From the NCBI RefSeq assembly GCF_003334385.1, contig NZ_QOWN01000027.1: DNA of 61,695 nucleotides. The stretch is one strand, 5' to 3'. The notes beneath the pieces were generated by a model. The model ran no database searches and had not been told where the DNA came from. It was given only the letters and a program-made list of their open reading frames with translations. Each line of letters begins with the position of its first letter. Within the stretch, counting starts at the first letter, position 1. Shown in pieces: positions 1-9,541 of the stretch. A program made the translations under genes and the position numbers. This stretch comes from Escherichia coli (lineage in GTDB: Bacteria; Pseudomonadota; Gammaproteobacteria; Enterobacterales; Enterobacteriaceae).

Positions 1-2040
1 GCAGCGAAGACATCCGAAACGAACGCGAAAGCGTCGGAAACCAGCGCAGAATCCTCAAAAACGGCTGCCGCATCGTCCGCCAGTTCGGCGGCGTCATCGG
101 CATCATCTGCGTCTGCTTCAAAAGATGAGGCGACCAGACAGGCGTCAGCAGCGAGGGGCAGCGCCACGACGGCATCCACGAAGGCGACAGAGGCTGCTGG
201 CAGTGCGGCAGCGGCAGCACAGAGCAAAAGTACGGCAGAATCCGCAGCAACGCGCGCTGAGACAGCGGCAAAACGTGCAGAGGATATTGCATCCGCCGTG
301 GCGCTTGAGGATGCAAGTACGACGAAAAAGGGGATAGTACAGCTCAGCAGTGCGACCAACAGCACATCTGAAACGCTTGCCGCGACACCGAAGGCAGTTA
401 AAGCAGCGAATGACAATGCGAATGGCAGGGTACCATCTAACCGAAAAGTTAACGGGAAAGCACTGACTGCGGATATAACATTAACACCGAAAGATATTGG
501 CACTTTAAATTCAGTAACGATCTCTTTCTCTGGCGGGGCAGGGTGGTTCAAACTGGCAACGGTTACCATGCCACAAGCGAGTTCCATCGTTTACATCGCA
601 TTGATTGGTGGCGCTGGTTACAACGTCGGCTCCCCACAGCAGGCAGGCATTTCAGAACTGGTTCTACGAGCAGGCAATGGAAACCCCAAAGGGATTACCG
701 GAGCTTTGTGGAAGCGTACAGCCGTCGGATTAACGAATTTCGCCTGGATCAACACATCCGGCGATACATATGATATTTACGTTGAGATTGGCAATTATGC
801 GACGAGTGTAAATATCCATTGGGATTGTACTACAAATGCGTCAGTTTCTATTTATACCTCGCCAACATATTCAGCGAGTAAGCCTTCCAGCGTTACCGGT
901 GGTGTTGTTTATACGATGTATAGCTCACATCAGAAACCTACACCATCAGATATTGGAGCGCTGCCAACGACTGGAGGGACTATTTCAGGTCCGTTGTCTG
1001 TTACTGATGGGATCACCGGGGCACTGAAGGGGAACGCCGATACCGCGACGAAACTTGCGGCAGCCCCAAAAATTAACGGTGTTAAGTTTGATGGCTCGGC
1101 GGATATTAACCTCACGCCGGAAAATATTGGTGCATTTGCCCGACGTTCGACGGGGGCTTATGCGGATTCGGATGGAGCCGTTCCCTGGAATGCCGAATCA
1201 GGCGCTTACAATGTCACCCGCTCTGGCAACAGCTATATTCTGGTTAACTTCTATACCGGAGTCGGAAGTTGCCGGACCTTGCAGATGAAGGCACATTACA
1301 GAAATGGAGGTCTGTTCTACCGTTCCTCAAGAGATGGCTATGGTTTTGAGGAAGACTGGGCAGAAGTTTATACCTCGAAAAATCTTCCACCAGAAAGCTA
1401 CCCAGTCGGCGCACCAATCCCGTGGCCATCAGATACCGTTCCGTCTGGTTATGCCCTGATGCAGGGGCAGACTTTTGACAAATCTGCTTACCCGAAACTT
1501 GCAGCCGCTTATCCGTCAGGTGTGATCCCTGATATGCGTGGCTGGACGATTAAGGGCAAACCTGCCAGTGGTCGGGCCGTATTGTCTCAGGAACAGGACG
1601 GCATTAAATCGCACACCCACAGCGCCAGCGTATCCAGTACGGATTTGGGGACGAAAACCACATCGTCGTTTGATTACGGCACTAAATCCACGAATAACAC
1701 TGGTGCGCATACCCATAGTGTTAGCGGTACGGCTGCTTCAGCCGGTGCACATACCCATTCGATGACATTTGTTTCAGGTGGTTCCAGTGGTGCTCCGGGA
1801 AGTGGATCACCTGATTATTCTAAATACAGTGTTAACACTTCTTCTGCAGGCGCTCATACGCACTCTGTATCGGGTACTGCTGCAAGCGCAGGTGCACACG
1901 CACATACTGTCGGTATTGGTGCTCATACGCACTCCGTTGCGATTGGTTCACATGGACATACCATCACCGTTAACGCTGCTGGTAACGCGGAAAACACCGT
2001 CAAAAACATCGCATTTAACTATATTGTGAGGCTTGCGTAA
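1..2040 (+). CDS. stfQ: Prophage side tail fibre protein, 5'-partial (reading frame open from base 1 of the window)
   Basis: Frame 1 is open from position 1 and is continuous with the 580-aa ORF 298..2040. Ala/Ser-rich N-terminal region, tail-fibre-like motifs ([25 protein letters not shown]), His-rich C-terminal repeats. Stop overlaps the tfa start (TAATG). Symbol inferred from adjacency to tfa/pin/ydfK/ydfJ. Confidence 0.75.
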   Translation, partial: AAKTSETNAKASETSAESSKTAAASSASSAASSASSASASKDEATRQASAARGSATTASTKATEAAGSAAAAAQSKSTAESAATRAETAAKRAEDIASAVALEDASTTKKGIVQLSSATNSTSETLAATPKAVKAANDNANGRVPSNRKVNGKALTADITLTPKDIGTLNSVTISFSGGAGWFKLATVTMPQASSIVYIALIGGAGYNVGSPQQAGISELVLRAGNGNPKGITGALWKRTAVGLTNFAWINTSGDTYDIYVEIGNYATSVNIHWDCTTNASVSIYTSPTYSASKPSSVTGGVVYTMYSSHQKPTPSDIGALPTTGGTISGPLSVTDGITGALKGNADTATKLAAAPKINGVKFDGSADINLTPENIGAFARRSTGAYADSDGAVPWNAESGAYNVTRSGNSYILVNFYTGVGSCRTLQMKAHYRNGGLFYRSSRDGYGFEEDWAEVYTSKNLPPESYPVGAPIPWPSDTVPSGYALMQGQTFDKSAYPKLAAAYPSGVIPDMRGWTIKGKPASGRAVLSQEQDGIKSHTHSASVSSTDLGTKTTSSFDYGTKSTNNTGAHTHSVSGTAASAGAHTHSMTFVSGGSSGAPGSGSPDYSKYSVNTSSAGAHTHSVSGTAASAGAHAHTVGIGAHTHSVAIGSHGHTITVNAAGNAENTVKNIAFNYIVRLA

Positions 2041-2615
2041 TGGCATTCAGAATGAGTGAACAACCACGGACCATAAAAATTTATAATCTGCTGGCCGGAA
2101 CTAATGAATTTATTGGTGAAGGTGACGCATATATTCCGCCTCATACAGGTCTGCCAGCAAACAGTACCGATATTGCACCGCCAGATATTCCGGCAGGCTT
2201 CGTGGCTGTTTTCAACAGTGATGAGGCATCGTGGCATCTCGTTGAAGATCATCGGGGAAAAACCGTCTATGACGTGGCTTCCGGCGACGCGTTATTTATT
2301 TCTGAACTCGGTCCGTTACCGGAAAATGTTACCTGGTTATCCCCGGAAGGGGAGTTTCAGAAGTGGAACGGCACAGCCTGGGTGAAAGATGCAGAAGCAG
2401 AAAAACTGTTCCGGATCCGGGAGGCGGAAGAAACAAAAAACAGCCTGATGCAGGTAGCCAGTGAGCATATTGCGCCACTTCAGGATGCTGTAGATCTGGA
2501 AATCGCAACGGAGGAAGAAACCTCATTGCTGGAAGCCTGGAAAAAGTATCGGGTGTTGCTGAACCGTGTTGATACGTCAACTGCACAGGATATTGAATGG
2601 CCAGCACTGCCGTAG
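2040..2615 (+). CDS. tfaQ: Tail fibre assembly protein (191 aa)
   Basis: 191-aa ORF immediately downstream of the tail fibre gene with a 1-nt stop/start overlap; length and context fit the Tfa chaperone family. Confidence 0.8.
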   Translation: MAFRMSEQPRTIKIYNLLAGTNEFIGEGDAYIPPHTGLPANSTDIAPPDIPAGFVAVFNSDEASWHLVEDHRGKTVYDVASGDALFISELGPLPENVTWLSPEGEFQKWNGTAWVKDAEAEKLFRIREAEETKNSLMQVASEHIAPLQDAVDLEIATEEETSLLEAWKKYRVLLNRVDTSTAQDIEWPALP

Positions 2616-2712
2616 GGTAAAACATATAAATTCTATAATTAGATGTATCTTTCCATTTACGGCAAGGAAGGGGGCTTGGAAGACGTAAAGCATCTCACAC
2701 CGAGATTATTTT

Positions 2713-3303
2713 TTATATGTCAGGTGTCTGAAGTTTTGCTTTGGCTCTTAAAATGGTTTGCCGCGAGGTTTTGAATTCCCGGGCAATGGCACTTATACTT
2801 ACACCTGACTTAATTCGTTCGAATACCACCTGTTTCTGTTCTTCATTTAACACAGGTGGTCGACCAAAACGTTTCCCTGCGCCGCGGGCTCTTACTATCC
2901 CGGAATGAGTGCGTTCAAGTAAAAGGTCTCGTTCAAATTCAGCGACTGCTGAAATTACGTGCATCATCATTTTTCCTGTTGGACTGGTCAGGTCAATGCC
3001 CCCCAATGCTAAGCAATGCACTCTGATACCTGTTTCGGTCAGTTGTTCCACTGTTTTCCTGATATCCATTGCATTACAACCAAGGCGATCCAGTTTTGTC
3101 ACAATCAATTGATCACCACATTTCAGGCGAGCAAGCAACCGGTTAAAACCAGGACGCTCACTGGTTGCTGCTGAGCCGCTAATGTGTTCTTCGATTATTT
3201 GCTGAGGTTTGATTTTAAAACCTGCACTTTCGATTTCCCGGCGTTGATTTTCGGTGGTCTGATCCAGCGTTGATATCCGACAGTAAGCAAAAATTCGAGA
3301 CAT
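2713..3303 (-). CDS. pinQ: Serine-recombinase DNA invertase Pin (196 aa)
   Basis: N-terminal [20 protein letters not shown] with the catalytic Ser in the CRIST motif typical of Hin/Gin/Pin invertases; C-terminal helix-turn-helix; convergent with tfa. Confidence 0.85.
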   Translation of the reverse strand: MSRIFAYCRISTLDQTTENQRREIESAGFKIKPQQIIEEHISGSAATSERPGFNRLLARLKCGDQLIVTKLDRLGCNAMDIRKTVEQLTETGIRVHCLALGGIDLTSPTGKMMMHVISAVAEFERDLLLERTHSGIVRARGAGKRFGRPPVLNEEQKQVVFERIKSGVSISAIAREFKTSRQTILRAKAKLQTPDI

Positions 3304-3434
3304 AGTGAGACTCTATACGAAATTGGTGTTCATATCATAATGCATCTCAGAAAATAATTTTGATTATTTTTGTGCATATTTGTATGTACACGTTCGAAAA
3401 TAAACGAATGCGTATGCAACCCCGTAACTTTGGT

Positions 3435-3460
3435 GAGACCCAAAATCGATTTTGTGAAAA
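3435..3460. promoter_or_regulatory. Perfect 14-bp palindrome CAAAATCGATTTTG (3441..3454) about 138 bp upstream of the pin start; candidate invertase crossover site or operator
   Basis: Palindrome read directly from the sequence. Half-sites CAAAA/TTTTG resemble gix/hix-type crossover half-sites. Function is not established. Confidence 0.3.
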
Positions 3461-3619
3461 ATGGCTTTAACTCGGTTTGTTTTTCGAGTTCCGGGCGGAC
3501 TCAAGGAAGAAGAATAGTGTTGCGTGTTATTTTAACCAGATTTCAAGTTGTTTGGTCGTGGAAAAGTGGAGCAAAATGTTGTTAAAGTGGAAAAATGATA
3601 AAAAAGTAAGTTTATTATA

Positions 3620-3853
3620 TTACATTTTACCATTTAAATTTTGGTTGTCTTTAAGAACTGATATCGCTGTTTGTAATAATTCTTTGTTATCCAGCCATGA
3701 TTTTTTCTTTATGTTTCCTTCAATGTAATCAAGCAATGTTCTGGTATTGATAGGTCTTCCCTGTTTTGCTACTTCCACTACAGCATCCCCTAGGATAATT
3801 CTTACTTCAGGAAGCTGCGCAGGGAACCACTTTAGGGTGTCTTTTGATTTCAT
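3620..3853 (-). CDS. ydfK: Prophage cold-shock-associated small protein YdfK/YnaE family (77 aa)
   Basis: Protein recognised as YdfK-like from memory of the K-12 sequence. Start taken at the internal ATG (MKSKDTLKW...), which gives 77 aa; the ORF track extends to 3886. Confidence 0.65.
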   Translation of the reverse strand: MKSKDTLKWFPAQLPEVRIILGDAVVEVAKQGRPINTRTLLDYIEGNIKKKSWLDNKELLQTAISVLKDNQNLNGKM

Positions 3854-4636
3854 GAAGATATTCCTTAAAATATTATTGATTTTCATTGCGATATTGTATG
3901 TCTGATTCAGGATATGTTGACTTATACATCGGTTTTGTCTGGGTTATTGGATATGCCAATCCCTAATTTTATTAGGGCATGACTAAAAATGCTGAATATG
4001 ATAAGGAGAGAAGTGATTATCAGTATGCTGTTCATATAGCCTCGAATTAGTAATGTGTTATATATGATATAGTTGACAATTTTATCTTGGGTGTTCTTAA
4101 AGTTCGTAGATAAACATTGTCGTTTCAGGTATACAGGAATGCTAACAGGTGGCGGCAAAAATCAGGCGGTTTATGGCGCAATCTGAAGTGGCAACTGCAA
4201 ACTATCTTATGCAGAGACTCTACACGGATTGGGTTTAAAAGTATACATAGATAACAGTTTTTATCTGAAGAAGAAAAATATCAAGGTGATATAGCCTATA
4301 TGCCTTTGATGTGGAGGAATGAATGTGATGGGAGTGATGTATCTGAATAGTTGAAAAACCGCAGACACACCTTATGCAAGAACGTGCTGCGGTTGGCTGG
4401 TAAATTTTTCGATAGTGCGAGTATTGAATGATTTCCAGCCGTTATTGATTTTACGCGTAAATCCATGAAAAAACTACTTATCTGTTGGGGAGTTTTTTGG
4501 GGCATATATGGGACAGAAATAGGCCCCAGATAGACACTGAGATCGAACTTAGGATGCTTTTAAAAAAATGCAACTATCTGAAAAAACCTAGAAAACGCCA
4601 AGGAAACCACAGGATGGGAAAAAACACCTGTGAATT

Positions 4637-5920
4637 ATGGATTTCCAGTTATATTCGCTCGGCGCAGCGTTAGTGTTTCATGAAATATTTTTTCCTGAAT
4701 CATCAACGGCAATGGCGTTAATTCTGGCAATGGGAACCTACGGTGCAGGTTATGTGGCGCGTATTGTCGGAGCATTTATTTTCGGCAAAATGGGCGACAG
4801 AATAGGGCGTAAAAAAGTGCTCTTTATTACCATCACCATGATGGGGATCTGTACCACCTTAATTGGTGTGTTACCGACCTATGCACAGATTGGTGTTTTT
4901 GCACCCATCTTGCTGGTGACGTTGCGTATTATTCAGGGGTTGGGTGCAGGTGCGGAAATTTCCGGTGCCGGTACGATGCTGGCGGAATATGCGCCAAAAG
5001 GTAAGCGCGGAATTATCTCCTCATTTGTGGCTATGGGAACTAACTGCGGAACCTTGAGCGCAACGGCAATCTGGGCCTTTATGTTCTTCATTCTCAGTAA
5101 AGAGGAACTGCTGGCGTGGGGATGGCGTATACCGTTCCTGGCGAGCGTTGTCGTGATGGTCTTTGCTATCTGGTTGCGTATGAATCTGAAAGAAAGCCCG
5201 GTCTTTGAGAAGGTTAACGACAGTAACCAACCGACAGCAAAACCTGCACCTGCTGGTAGCATGTTCCAGAGCAAATCCTTCTGGCTGACAACAGGGCTGC
5301 GTTTTGGTCAGGCGGGTAACTCCGGGTTAATTCAGACTTTCCTTGCAGGCTATTTAGTGCAGACGTTATTGTTTAACAAAGCAATTCCAACAGATGCATT
5401 GATGATCAGTTCGATTCTCGGCTTTATGACCATTCCGTTCCTTGGTTGGTTATCCGATAAAATTGGTCGCCGGATCCCGTATATTATTATGAATACCTCC
5501 GCGATTGTGCTGGCATGGCCAATGCTTTCTATCATTGTAGATAAAAGCTATGCCCCGAGCACCATTATGGTTGCACTGATTGTGATTCATAACTGTGCGG
5601 TGCTGGGATTATTTGCTCTGGAAAACATTACCATGGCAGAAATGTTCGGCTGTAAAAACCGCTTTACCCGGATGGCTATTTCTAAAGAAATTGGTGGTCT
5701 TATCGCTTCCGGTTTTGGTCCTATCCTGGCGGGTATTTTCTGCACCATGACGGAATCCTGGTATCCGATCGCCATTATGATCATGGCATATTCAGTGATT
5801 GGTTTAATCTCTGCGCTGAAAATGCCAGAGGTGAAAGACCGTGATTTAAGTGCGCTGGAAGACGCTGCGGAAGATCAACCGCGTGTTGTAAGAGCTGCGC
5901 AACCTTCCAGAAGTCTGTAA
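4637..5920 (+). CDS. ydfJ: MFS transporter YdfJ, probably N-terminally truncated at the prophage junction
   Basis: 427-aa ORF with MFS motif A (GKMGDRIGRKK) only about 50 residues from the N-terminus, suggesting the first transmembrane helix is missing. Upstream DNA is AT-rich prophage-like sequence. Confidence 0.7.
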   Translation: MDFQLYSLGAALVFHEIFFPESSTAMALILAMGTYGAGYVARIVGAFIFGKMGDRIGRKKVLFITITMMGICTTLIGVLPTYAQIGVFAPILLVTLRIIQGLGAGAEISGAGTMLAEYAPKGKRGIISSFVAMGTNCGTLSATAIWAFMFFILSKEELLAWGWRIPFLASVVVMVFAIWLRMNLKESPVFEKVNDSNQPTAKPAPAGSMFQSKSFWLTTGLRFGQAGNSGLIQTFLAGYLVQTLLFNKAIPTDALMISSILGFMTIPFLGWLSDKIGRRIPYIIMNTSAIVLAWPMLSIIVDKSYAPSTIMVALIVIHNCAVLGLFALENITMAEMFGCKNRFTRMAISKEIGGLIASGFGPILAGIFCTMTESWYPIAIMIMAYSVIGLISALKMPEVKDRDLSALEDAAEDQPRVVRAAQPSRSL

Positions 5921-5928
5921 ACCCTTAA

Positions 5929-5960
5929 TCCCTTCTCTTACCGGAGAGGGGATTTTTATT
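5929..5960 (+). terminator. Rho-independent terminator downstream of ydfJ
   Basis: Stem TCCCTTCTC / GAGAGGGGA with a 6-nt loop, followed by TTTTTATT. Confidence 0.7.
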
Positions 5961-6008
5961 CATATAACAAAACATATAGCTTGCCATATTTATATTTAAG
6001 GAATTGTT

Positions 6009-7469
6009 ATGGGAAATAATTTGTTATCAGCAAAAGCGACACTCCCTGTTTATGATCGTAATAACCTGGCTCCAAGAATTGTTCATTTAGGCTTTGGTGC
6101 ATTTCACCGTGCGCATCAGGGTGTGTATGCCGATATTCTTGCTACGGAACATTTCAGTGACTGGGGATATTATGAGGTCAACTTAATCGGCGGCGAACAG
6201 CAAATTGCCGATTTACAACAGCAAGATAATCTTTATACCGTTGCGGAAATGTCGGCCGATGTGTGGACGGCTCGCGTCGTTGGCGTCGTTAAAAAAGCCT
6301 TGCACGTACAGATAGATGGCTTAGAAACCGTGTTGGCAGCGATGTGTGAACCGCAAATCGCGATTGTCTCTCTGACAATCACCGAAAAAGGGTATTTCCA
6401 CTCTCCGGCGACCGGACAGTTAATGCTCGATCACCCGATGGTAGCTGCCGACGTGCAAAATCCCCACCAGCCGAAAACAGCAACAGGGGTGATTGTTGAG
6501 GCGCTGGCTCGCCGTAAAGCGGCAGGACTTCCCGCATTTACCGTCATGTCATGTGACAACATGCCAGAAAACGGTCATGTTATGCGTGACGTTGTCACTT
6601 CCTACGCACAAGCCGTTGATGTAAAACTGGCACAATGGATCGAAGATAACGTGACTTTCCCATCAACAATGGTGGACCGTATTGTGCCCGCAGTGACAGA
6701 GGATACGCTGGCGAAAATCGAACAACTTACCGGTGTGCGCGATCCTGCGGGCGTTGCCTGTGAACCTTTCCGCCAGTGGGTAATAGAAGATAACTTTGTT
6801 GCCGGACGTCCGGAATGGGAAAAAGCGGGAGCCGAACTGGTTAGCGATGTGCTGCCTTATGAAGAGATGAAGTTGCGCATGCTCAACGGCAGTCATTCAT
6901 TCCTGGCGTATCTGGGGTATCTTGCAGGATATCAGCACATTAATGACTGTATGGAAGATGAACATTATCGTTATGCGGCGTATGGCTTGATGTTGCAGGA
7001 ACAAGCGCCGACGTTGAAAGTGCAGGGCGTTGATTTGCAAGATTACGCTAACCGATTAATTGCACGCTATAGCAACCCGGCGTTACGTCATCGAACCTGG
7101 CAGATTGCGATGGATGGTAGCCAGAAATTGCCACAGCGGATGTTGGATTCTGTTCGCTGGCATCTGGCGCATGACAGCAAGTTCGATCTGCTGGCGCTGG
7201 GCGTCGCGGGTTGGATGCGTTATGTCGGTGGTGTTGATGAACAGGGAAATCCGATAGAAATCAGTGACCCACTGTTACCTGTTATTCAGAAGGCTGTACA
7301 AAGTAGTGCCGAAGGGAAAGCGCGCGTCCAGTCATTGCTGGCGATTAAGGCGATCTTTGGTGATGATTTGCCAGACAATAGTTTGTTTACTGCAAGAGTG
7401 ACGGAAACGTACTTGTCTTTATTAGCGCATGGCGCGAAAGCGACCGTGGCAAAATATTCCGTGAAGTAA
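6009..7469 (+). CDS. ydfI: Mannitol-dehydrogenase-family oxidoreductase (486 aa)
   Basis: N-terminal Rossmann motif [12 protein letters not shown] typical of long-chain mannitol/mannonate dehydrogenases; position between ydfJ and ydfZ. Confidence 0.8.
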   Translation: MGNNLLSAKATLPVYDRNNLAPRIVHLGFGAFHRAHQGVYADILATEHFSDWGYYEVNLIGGEQQIADLQQQDNLYTVAEMSADVWTARVVGVVKKALHVQIDGLETVLAAMCEPQIAIVSLTITEKGYFHSPATGQLMLDHPMVAADVQNPHQPKTATGVIVEALARRKAAGLPAFTVMSCDNMPENGHVMRDVVTSYAQAVDVKLAQWIEDNVTFPSTMVDRIVPAVTEDTLAKIEQLTGVRDPAGVACEPFRQWVIEDNFVAGRPEWEKAGAELVSDVLPYEEMKLRMLNGSHSFLAYLGYLAGYQHINDCMEDEHYRYAAYGLMLQEQAPTLKVQGVDLQDYANRLIARYSNPALRHRTWQIAMDGSQKLPQRMLDSVRWHLAHDSKFDLLALGVAGWMRYVGGVDEQGNPIEISDPLLPVIQKAVQSSAEGKARVQSLLAIKAIFGDDLPDNSLFTARVTETYLSLLAHGAKATVAKYSVK

Positions 7470-7496
7470 AAAAGCAATGCCGCCATCGGCGGCATT
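7468..7496 (-). terminator. Stem-loop terminator between convergent ydfI and ydfZ
   Basis: Hairpin AATGCCGCC-ATC-GGCGGCATT preceded on the plus strand by AAAAAAGC, which is a U-run on the minus strand, 8 nt past the ydfZ stop. Confidence 0.55.
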
Positions 7497-7503
7497 CACA
7501 CGC

Positions 7504-7707
7504 TTAGTTCATGCCGAGACGAATCAGGTCCAGTGGTGCCAGTTTCTCTTCACAACCTTCAACAACTACGGTTTTTCCGCGGCGGATTTGCTCAGCGGTC
7601 AGACCTTCAGTATCAATCGACAGGATCTTGCCAGTGTGACCGGTGCCGCTAACCATAACACGGCTGCCAGTGGTGATTGCGTTACGGTTACGATCGTAGG
7701 TCGTCAT
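7504..7707 (-). CDS. ydfZ: Small conserved protein YdfZ (67 aa)
   Basis: 67-aa ORF; length and context match ydfZ. Confidence 0.75.
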
Positions 7708-7883
7708 AGGTGTTTTCTCCTTTCTGATTTACAGTCGAAGCCCACGTAACGGGCGCAATATAAATACTCCTGTCGAGTGAAATGTTTTTTGTTTTTGATC
7801 AAGCTCACATCTTTTTTGATGCATGCATGAGCCATAAGGCGGGGGAAAAGACTCTCACCCCGGATGGGATGAGAGGAAATGAA

Positions 7884-8570
7884 TTACTCTTCGCTAAACC
7901 AGTCGCTGTTTTCCTGGCGGATCTGGCGCACGGATTCGCTGATTTCCTGCAAATGTTGCGTCATTGCACGTTCTACCGCATCGCCATCACGTTTTTGCAG
8001 GGCAGAGAAAATATCAAGATGCTGGCGTAACAGCATTTCTGGTGGAGAAACGTGGTCGAAACTCATATAGCGCACGCGATCAACGGTCGCTTTCAGGTTC
8101 TCAATGGTATCCCACGCCAGTTGACAGTCGGCAATCTGCGTCAGGAGTTGATGGAAGTTGTCATCAAGTTCAAAAAAATCATCCAGTTGCTTGCGCTCAA
8201 TGGCAATGCGTTGCTGGTGAAGATTTTGTTCCAGTTGATAGCACTGGCTTTCGGTAATCATGCTCGCCGCCCGACGCGCCACCGCGCACTCAATGGCCTG
8301 ACGGATAAAACTGCCGTTGCGCACCTGGGCCATGGAAATTTTGTTGACGTAGCTGCCACGTTGCGGACGAATTTGAATCAGGCCGTTTTCCGCCAGTTTA
8401 ATAAAGGCTTCACGAACCGGCTGGCGTGACACATTGAAACGAACAGAAACTTCTTTTTCCGACAACGGTGTGCCTGGAGCAATCAGGCAATGGACAATGT
8501 CGCGACGAAGAATACGATAAATCTGCTGATTGACAGGCTGTGTGGGATTAAGTTGCGTTTCGACGGTCAT
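7884..8570 (-). CDS. rspR: GntR-family transcriptional regulator (228 aa)
   Basis: N-terminal winged-HTH followed by an FCD-type effector domain; matches YdfH/RspR in length and context. Confidence 0.8.
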
Positions 8571-8658
8571 TCGTTCTTGCTTGTGAGTGAGTTAACTGCA
8601 TGAGTCTACCACTTTTTTGTGACAAGCAATAACCCGGCAGTTACGCCGGGTATAAAAA

Positions 8659-9405
8659 TTACTGACGGTGGACATTCAGTCCGGCATAGCTTTGGGTAAC
8701 CGGCATCATTTCCAGGGTATTGATATTGACGTGAGCAGGCAGCGTTGACACCCACCAGACGGCTTCGCTGACATCTTCTGGCGTCAATGCAACGGTATTT
8801 TGATAGGTTTTTTCTGCTTTACCGTCATCGCCTTTAAAGCGGACATTGGAAAACTCGGTACCACCCACCAGACCCGGTTCGATGTCGGTGACGCGCACCG
8901 CCGTACCATGCAGATCCGTACGCAGATTCAGGCTAAACTGACGAACAAACGCTTTCGTCGCACCGTAAACGTTACCACCGGCATACGGCCAGCTACCTGC
9001 CGTTGAGCCAATGTTAATAATATGACCATGATTACGTTCAACCATACCCGGTAAGACGGCGCGCGTCATATATACCAGGCCTTTGTTGTTGGTATCAATC
9101 ATCGTTTCCCAGTCTTCAACGCTGGCTTTATGCGCAGGCTCCATGCCCAACGCCAGGCCGGCATTATTTACCAGGATATCAATATTGCACCACTCGGCAG
9201 GAAGCGATGCCAGCATCTCTTCAATAGCGGCGCGGTTGCGAACGTCCAGTTGGGCGATATACAGATTATCTCCCAGTTCGTCTTTTAACTCCTGCAACCG
9301 TTCCTGGCGACGGCCAGTGGCGATAACTTTATGCCCTTGTTGAATAAAACGACGAGTAATGCATTCACCAAAACCTGCCGTTGCTCCAGTTACTAAAACG
9401 ATCAT
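8659..9405 (-). CDS. ydfG: NADP-dependent short-chain dehydrogenase (3-hydroxy acid dehydrogenase), 248 aa
   Basis: SDR motif MIVLVTGATAGFG at the N-terminus. Start set at the ATG that gives 248 aa; the ORF track extends 5 codons further. Confidence 0.8.
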   Translation of the reverse strand: MIVLVTGATAGFGECITRRFIQQGHKVIATGRRQERLQELKDELGDNLYIAQLDVRNRAAIEEMLASLPAEWCNIDILVNNAGLALGMEPAHKASVEDWETMIDTNNKGLVYMTRAVLPGMVERNHGHIINIGSTAGSWPYAGGNVYGATKAFVRQFSLNLRTDLHGTAVRVTDIEPGLVGGTEFSNVRFKGDDGKAEKTYQNTVALTPEDVSEAVWWVSTLPAHVNINTLEMMPVTQSYAGLNVHRQ

Positions 9406-9541
9406 CTCACTGTTCCTCAACGCTTTTGTGTGTCAATAACATAGCACGGGATGCTTAAGAGCGGGTAATACTGGATTGCAAGATTGCACTCCGTTATCAG
9501 TAAGCCTACGCTATGGAACACCTCGCGTTCAGGAGAAGAAA

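Noticed and set aside
125-337. 70-aa Arg-rich ORF at the window start
   Set aside because: Lies in an alternative frame inside the tail-fibre coding region, whose frame is open from base 1; the low-complexity composition is typical of a spurious overlapping ORF.
1769-2029. 86-aa ORF inside the tail-fibre 3' region
   Set aside because: Out-of-frame overlap with the His-rich repeat region; an artefact of the repeated sequence.
4485-4673. 62-aa basic ORF overlapping the ydfJ start
   Set aside because: No ribosome-binding site and low-complexity Lys/Arg-rich composition; more likely non-coding junction sequence than a gene.
9476-9541. Upstream extension of the dcp ORF (703 aa in the track)
   Set aside because: The ATG at 9542 has a good Shine-Dalgarno sequence and gives the expected ~681-aa product; the extension overlaps the divergent ydfG promoter region.
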